Positions 57,648 to 64,000 of a DNA stretch of 64,000 nucleotides are shown one piece after another (the stretch's first letter is position 1; the number at the start of each line of letters is the position of its first letter). The stretch is from contig JAUCBJ010009125.1 in the NCBI GenBank assembly GCA_032718475.1, forward strand, positions 51,002 to 115,001, given 5' to 3'. The DNA is from Nemertoderma westbladi (Eukaryota > Animalia > Xenacoelomorpha). The position numbers and the translations under genes are program-made. The notes below the pieces were generated by a model. It ran no database searches. It was given only the letters and a program-made list of their open reading frames with translations, and was not told where the DNA came from.

Positions 57648-60313
57648 CACTGAAAAAATTGTTCGGCGGTTCTTTTTTTAACCTCTGGTATAAAATTTTC
57701 AACCGATGGTTGCTCTTTTAAAACCGCTGGTTACAAATTGGCATATGCTAAAACGGTGGTTTAAATTTTCCCAAAGTGCAGTGTTACATTGAAACGGTGG
57801 TTTAAATTTTCCCAAACTGCAGTGTTACATTGAAACGGTGGTTTTCCGGATTGTAATTGCTATCATAAAACAGAAACAGTGTTTGACTTAGGAATAAACG
57901 GCGGTTCATATTATTTGATACAAAGTAACCGGTGGTTTAAAACTTACATTAATCGATTGGTTGAAAAATACATATAACCGTTGATTTAAAACACAGTAAA
58001 CGGTGGTTGAAAACTTATAATAACCGGTGGTTTACAAAAATTCAAATCACAGTTTGTTTACAACACAGTAAACGGTAGTGGATAACTTAACCGGTGGTTT
58101 ACAAAAATTAAATCACCGTATGTTTACAAGGTAACGGTGGTTGAAGACTTAGAATAACCGGTGGTCTACAACTTACATGGAACGGTGGTTGAAAACTTAA
58201 AACAACCTGTGGTTGACAACATATAGTAAACATGCTCATGTTTCATAGTTTCTTTCTAAAATGTTGTTGATCCACATGTTAATTGAACATCCAATAACAT
58301 AATATCCAATCATGTAAACAATCTTAATACGTTTGTTAAGTACGTTTTTATGTAACATGTTTTATCAGGTAAATATTTAACGATTGTTTAACATGATTTA
58401 CATGTTTTACATTATTTATAACATAAATCAAGCATTCCCTTATATTTGTTGAATGCTACTTTATCATGTTGAACAAAAATGTGTTATAAATTACAATGTA
58501 TGTCTTAGGGATGTTTGAATAAACCGCCATAAGTTGACCGCTATTTCTGCAATTTGTTCATACTGTCATAGGCCTATCATAATTCAGTCATTTTTTGTGA
58601 AAGTGCCATTGCCATCCTGCGCTGTCCTGCAATCGCAGAATCGGTACCGGTACAATCCTGAAATTTGATTACAGTGATGCAGTGTATCACTGCCACTGGT
58701 ACAGTAGTGGTACCGGTTGCCGGTAGTACAGAACAGTTTAGTACAGTACTGCTGTAGTAGGGCTGAGTAGGGACTAGGGTAGTGTACTCTTTTTGTTTTG
58801 TAGTTGTACCGGTACTATTTCTGTATTTCTTGGATTGTAGCTATATCTGTGTGTATATTACTGTATTATGAGTACGGTACCTGAGTACGGTATATTATAT
58901 TTCTGTATTTGGTTTATTATTTTGGTTTGGTTAGGCCTATGCAGGAATGCAGCTATGCGGTTGGTTAGTTCTGTAGTTCAGTAGTTGGCCAGGCCTTAAC
59001 CCTAATTAAAACTGTCACATAGGCCATTCTTCTTCTGATGATGAATCCTCGGAATTATCTTATGGATCTAAATCGTCTAGTATCTGCAGTGGTCCATCTG
59101 ATAGTCGAGATGAGGGTGACTATGTTGGTGAGTTGGTTTGGGCGCGGCAACGTATAACAAAACCATTCTGGCCTGCCCGAACTGAAAGAGCTCCAGAGGG
59201 TTCCGCAATGCCCAAGCCAAAGCATCCAGGGGACAACTTCAAGTGGATTTACTTCTTTGGTTCTAACAATTTCTCATGGATTAAAGACACTGGGGAATAC
59301 ATTGTTCCATATTTTGAAAATCGCGAGCAGCATGGGAAAAGGAAGGCTTCGTCTACAGTCAAATTTCTAAAGGGACTTGATGACATTGATGAAGAATATA
59401 CCGCAATGTCTGTTAGGAAAAATGATTGTCCATATCAGGAAGAGTGAATGGTTCAATACATTATCATTTAGGATTTAGGAAACTGTAAATTCATTTATTC
59501 AATAATTTGATTATCATTTATATTTGATAAACATATTTGATATTATATTTGATATTCAATAAACCATTATTTGAAATCTAAAACACCGACTTGATCCTCA
59601 TTTGAAACCTGAAACACCGGTTGATCTTAAATTAACCACAGGTTAAACCATGTATTTGAAACCTGAAACAACGGTTGATCCACATTAAACGCAGGTTTAA
59701 CCATTTATTTTGAAAAAAAACACCGGTTGATCTTAAATTAACCACAGGTTAAACCATATATTTGAAACCCGAAACACCGGTTGATCTTAAATTAACCACA
59801 GGTTAAACCATATATTTGAAACCTGAAACAACGGTTGATCCATATTAAACGCAGGTTTAACCATTTATTTTGAAAAAAAACACCGGTTGATCTTAAATTA
59901 ACCACAGGTTAAACCATATATTTGAAACCCGAAACACCGGTTGATCTTAAATTAACCACAGGTTAAACCAAAGGTTAAATATATTTAAAACCTGAAACAA
60001 CGGTTGATCCACATTAAACGCAGGTTTATCCATTTATTTTGAAACCTAAACACCTGTTTACCATAAATTAACCACAGGTTAAATCATTTATTTGAAACCT
60101 GAAACACCATTGAACTTAAGCACAACCACTGGTTGTTATACGAAAAACAACCTGAGGTTTAATTTATAAAATTTAACCACAGGTTATCTTTGAATCGATA
60201 AACCTCTGGTTCCTCGAATTAACCGCAGGTCAAAAATTCACCAAATTAACCTGGGGTTATTTTCGAAAACCAGAGGTTTTTTAAAAAAGAACCACTGGTA
60301 CGATTTTTCAGTG
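57648..60313. mobile_element. CACTA/EnSpm-like non-autonomous element
   Basis: CACTGAAAAA..gttcttttt..aacctctggt TIRs, TA flanks, long subterminal arrays (aaccggtggtt left; accacaggtt/ccggttgatc right). Confidence 0.8.
59023..59447 (+). CDS. PWWP-domain terminal exon inside the CACTA-like element
   Basis: Open frame from candidate acceptor cacatag|: VGELVWAR..PFWPAR..WIYFFGSNNFSWI..IVPY..KFLKGLDDIDE; no upstream exon identified. Confidence 0.75.
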
Positions 60314-60969
60314 TAGTGACTCTGTAACCTTTGCTTTCCTAACTTCTATGTCTTTTCTGCTGATCTCTATCGCACGATACTGGAAGTCGTGAAATTACAT
60401 TAAATTTATTTTATATTATTTATTTAATAATATTAATTACTGTAAATTTTATTATCGAAACATTGTCTAGTAATATTCATATCCTATTTTATTTTATCTA
60501 TATATTGTATTAAAATAAATGAACGAAATCAACGATAGTATAAAAGTCTGAGTGGGAGAGAAATTACACGATAAAATAAAAAGTATCAGGCCTACTATCG
60601 ATCTGGAGAAAACCATTCTTAATTTTTTTAATTCAATTATAAATTACTAAATTATTCAATCCATCGCACAAAAAATATATAATAATGTCGTCAATTAGGT
60701 CCATATCAAATCAATTACTGGTAAAACCGACACAACATTATTATATTAATTCGTAAGTAAATATTTGTCACCTGCAAATAAGTTTAAATCAAACAGTCAC
60801 GAGTTCGTGTTGTACCGGTATTGTAAGTAAATCCATTGGAAGTGAATTATAGTAAATTAATCATCACCTGTTAGAAATGTAACAACCTTTTTTATCCCGC
60901 GGGGGAGCCACAATGTAACACGGATGGGGGGGGGGGGGGGGGGTTATAATTTAAACACGGTGTAATATT

Positions 60970-61095
60970 TATTCCGGGTAGCAATAGAGCCTGTGCTGCT
61001 ATACGGCGCCCACGCTGTGCTCTTATGGCAGAAGACAACATACCCCGGTGTTGGTTCATACAACACCAGACTGCTGCACAGGTTTCACGGCATTT
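60970..61095 (+). mobile_element. Degenerate RTE-like LINE fragment
   Basis: FRVAIEPVLLYG..YNTRLL resembles FRATLESVFLYG of the 29 kb LINE; another piece at ~60327-60390 matches 29500-29580. Confidence 0.5.
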
Positions 61096-61339
61096 ATTAC
61101 AACAAACAAACGAGGCATTGTCCACAATCGGTTTTCAATTTCAAATACATGTGCTGAGTTAATATGGCAACATAAATAATTAAATTTTAATTACACTACG
61201 CGTTTATCCAATCTGTATGACTAGATATAATTTTTAACTTCTGTCCATTGGTATTTTTTGGCGCGTCAATTCGAAGTTCAATACTTCGGAGGGGAAACTT
61301 ATTGAAATTTAAATATTATGTAACTCTGTGGTCTAAATA

Positions 61340-62422
61340 GTAGAACCTTATGCGCCCGGTCTATAACAGGATGTCTATAATGTAGAACTTTATGCGCCCG
61401 GTCTATAACAGGATGTCTATAATGTAGAACTTTATGCGCCCGGTCTATAACAGGATGTCTATAATGTAGAACTTTATACGCCCGGTCTATAACAGGATGT
61501 CTATAAGGTAGAACTTTATGCGCCCGGTCTATAACAGGATGTCTATAATGTAGAACTTTATGCGCCCGGTCTATAACAGGATGTCTATAATGTAGAACTT
61601 TATACGCCCGGTCTATAACAGGATGTCTATAAGGTAGAACTTTATGCGCCCGGTCTATAACAGGATGTCTATAATGTAGAACTTTATGCGCCCGGTCTAT
61701 AACAGGATGTCTATAATGTAGAACTTTATGCGCCCGGTCTATAACAGGATGTTTATAATGTATAACTTTATGCGCCCGGTCTATAACAGGATGTCTATAA
61801 TGTAGAACTTTATACGCCCGGTCTATGACAGGATGTCTATAATGTAGAACTTTATGCGCCCGGTCTATAACAGGATGTCTATAATGTAGAACTTTATGCT
61901 TTTTTACTATTATTTATTTACTACTTTTTACTATTTTACTTTGTACATGTGTATTTCGTTATGTGTAATTTTATGCTCCTGGTTTATAACAGGATTCTGG
62001 TTCATTGGATTATAACTGGTTCTATAATGTAGAACTTTATACGCCCGGTCTATGACAGGATGTCTATAATGTAGAACTTTATGCTTTTTTTACTATTATT
62101 TATTTACTACTTTTTACTATTTTTACTTTGTACATGTGTATTTCGTTATGTGTAATTTTATGCTCCTGGTTTATAACAGGATTCTGGTTCATTGGATTAT
62201 AACTGGTTCTATAATGTAGAACTTTATACGCCCGGTCTATGACAGGATGTCTATAATGTAGAACTTTATGCTTTTTTTACTATTATTTATTTACTACTTT
62301 TTACTATTTTTACTTTGTACATGTGTATTTCGTTATGTGGAATTTTATGCTCCTGGTTTATAACAGGATTCTGGTTCATTGGATTATAACTGGTTCTATA
62401 ATGTAGAACTTTATGCGCCCGG
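61340..62422. repeat. 42-bp minisatellite grading into ~187-bp composite units
   Basis: Unit tagaactttatgcgcccggtctataacaggatgtctataatg to ~61900, then three longer units embedding it. Confidence 0.95.
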
Positions 62423-64000
62423 TGAATTTATTTATACGGCGAGTTATAACGCTTAGTAGTTCTAGACCTTACTGGCACACCGGTAGGTCCACTGTCCACA
62501 TGCTAACTTTTTCCTTTAATACCGTTGCAGCGAAACTTTAAGTTGAAAATAAAATGCAGCTGATTATATTTGTTAGTTGTACGAATAATTAAGGCTTTAT
62601 GTTTGTTGTCGCGAACATATTTTTATGAAAAATTATTTTCTGTATCTTTGACTTACATGTTGAAAAATTAGAATGTGTCACATGATATATATTTAATACA
62701 AAATTTCGACGGTGTTTCCGTCGAAAGTTTGTACCGATGGAATGCCATAATACATAATTTGGATGAGAAATAGACATGCAAAAACATACAATATTAGAAT
62801 CGCTTATATATCAGCTATTTCTCATTCGAAATCCTTATGTTTTTACATAGTTGGAATCCTTGCATAGCCGCCTTTTCTACTCAGGAACGTTTTTCAAACG
62901 CTCGTAGCTAAAGAATGAAAGGACAAATATCAATTCTGACTCACCCACTGTGGAAGAGGGAGTTCAAATATTATGTTTCAAATTTGAATCGATTAGTATT
63001 ATTATCGGCACGGTTTATATCAAAACTTGTGGGGAGGGGGGGGGGGGGGGGGTGGGGGGGTCGGCCATGTCTCAGAATTACAACACTATATTCCGGGGGA
63101 TAGTGTGACGCATGCACAGTAGGCCTACACCATAATTAATTATCCACAATATTCATCGTGCTAATTAATTATCGCCCGTCATCTGGCAACGTGGTTATGA
63201 CATTAATTAGTTTATTTGCGCCTCAGTTCAATAGAGGGTTATAAAGACAGCTACAATGAAAACATACATGACCACATGTTGACCACCTGGAGGTAATGCT
63301 TTATATAACAAGTATACATAAACTAGTAAAAACGCCGTAGCATTATTTCTTAACGTGCTGAATTTACAGTATATATTGTATAACCGTGTAGAATCCTATT
63401 TAAACCCTGTCGCGGCATTGTCAAATATAGTGCCACATTTACTTTTATATAAGCATTGGATTTACTTTATGTCACAGCGTATAATGAAAGAAAATGACTT
63501 AAGACTGAAACCAGGATTTATTTTTATTCTACAAAATGGTGTTTTTATTCTCGTATGGAGAAAATTCAACGAGTTTTTAATTTAAACGACGTATTAATGT
63601 GACGTACAATAATATTGGGATTCGTTTTCATTTTCATTATTCTTATATATTTTTAACATTATAAATAAATATTATGGAAGATTATTACATTAAATATCAC
63701 GAGAAACTCGAAAAATTATACACATAAAAGGATTTATCTATCGCCCATAAATGTATGAAGCCGATCAATAAACATAATAAATAAACAAATTATTAAACAC
63801 ATCCAATTCGATAAAAGATTACATTCTTTTTAGTTCGATTAAGGGTTCCATTTTATGGTTTTCTAATAATTGTATAATTAAAATAATTTGTAATTTTCTT
63901 TAGTAGAGTGCATATCGTATACTAAGAAAAATATATATAAAACTATTAATTGTATATTTGTTAGTCTCGTGAAACGTGAAGATGGCGTCCACCATAAATA

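Overview
AT-rich, intron-containing eukaryotic (animal-like) genomic DNA. Genes reconstructed by hand with GT-AG junctions: the 3' part of a RUFY-family gene (+, ends before any FYVE domain), the 5' five exons of CEP78 (-, no continuation found), a complete 7-exon PCMTD1/2-like gene (-), an intronless bacterial-looking NAD(P)-binding Rossmann gene (+) with an inverted decayed copy, a GMP synthase (-) that looks disabled, and an intronless ZDHHC4-like palmitoyltransferase (+). The rest is dense in mobile DNA: LINE relics, tRNA-derived SINEs, Helitron-like, hAT-like and CACTA/EnSpm-like elements, and many minisatellites. Most notable: (1) several minimal hammerhead ribozyme motifs, including a head-to-head pair placed between tRNA-like A and B boxes whose stem I strands match only across copies; (2) three tandem arrays built from exon ends and splice donors; (3) a PWWP-domain exon carried inside a CACTA-like element. 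Family assignments rest on recalled motifs, not database searches.
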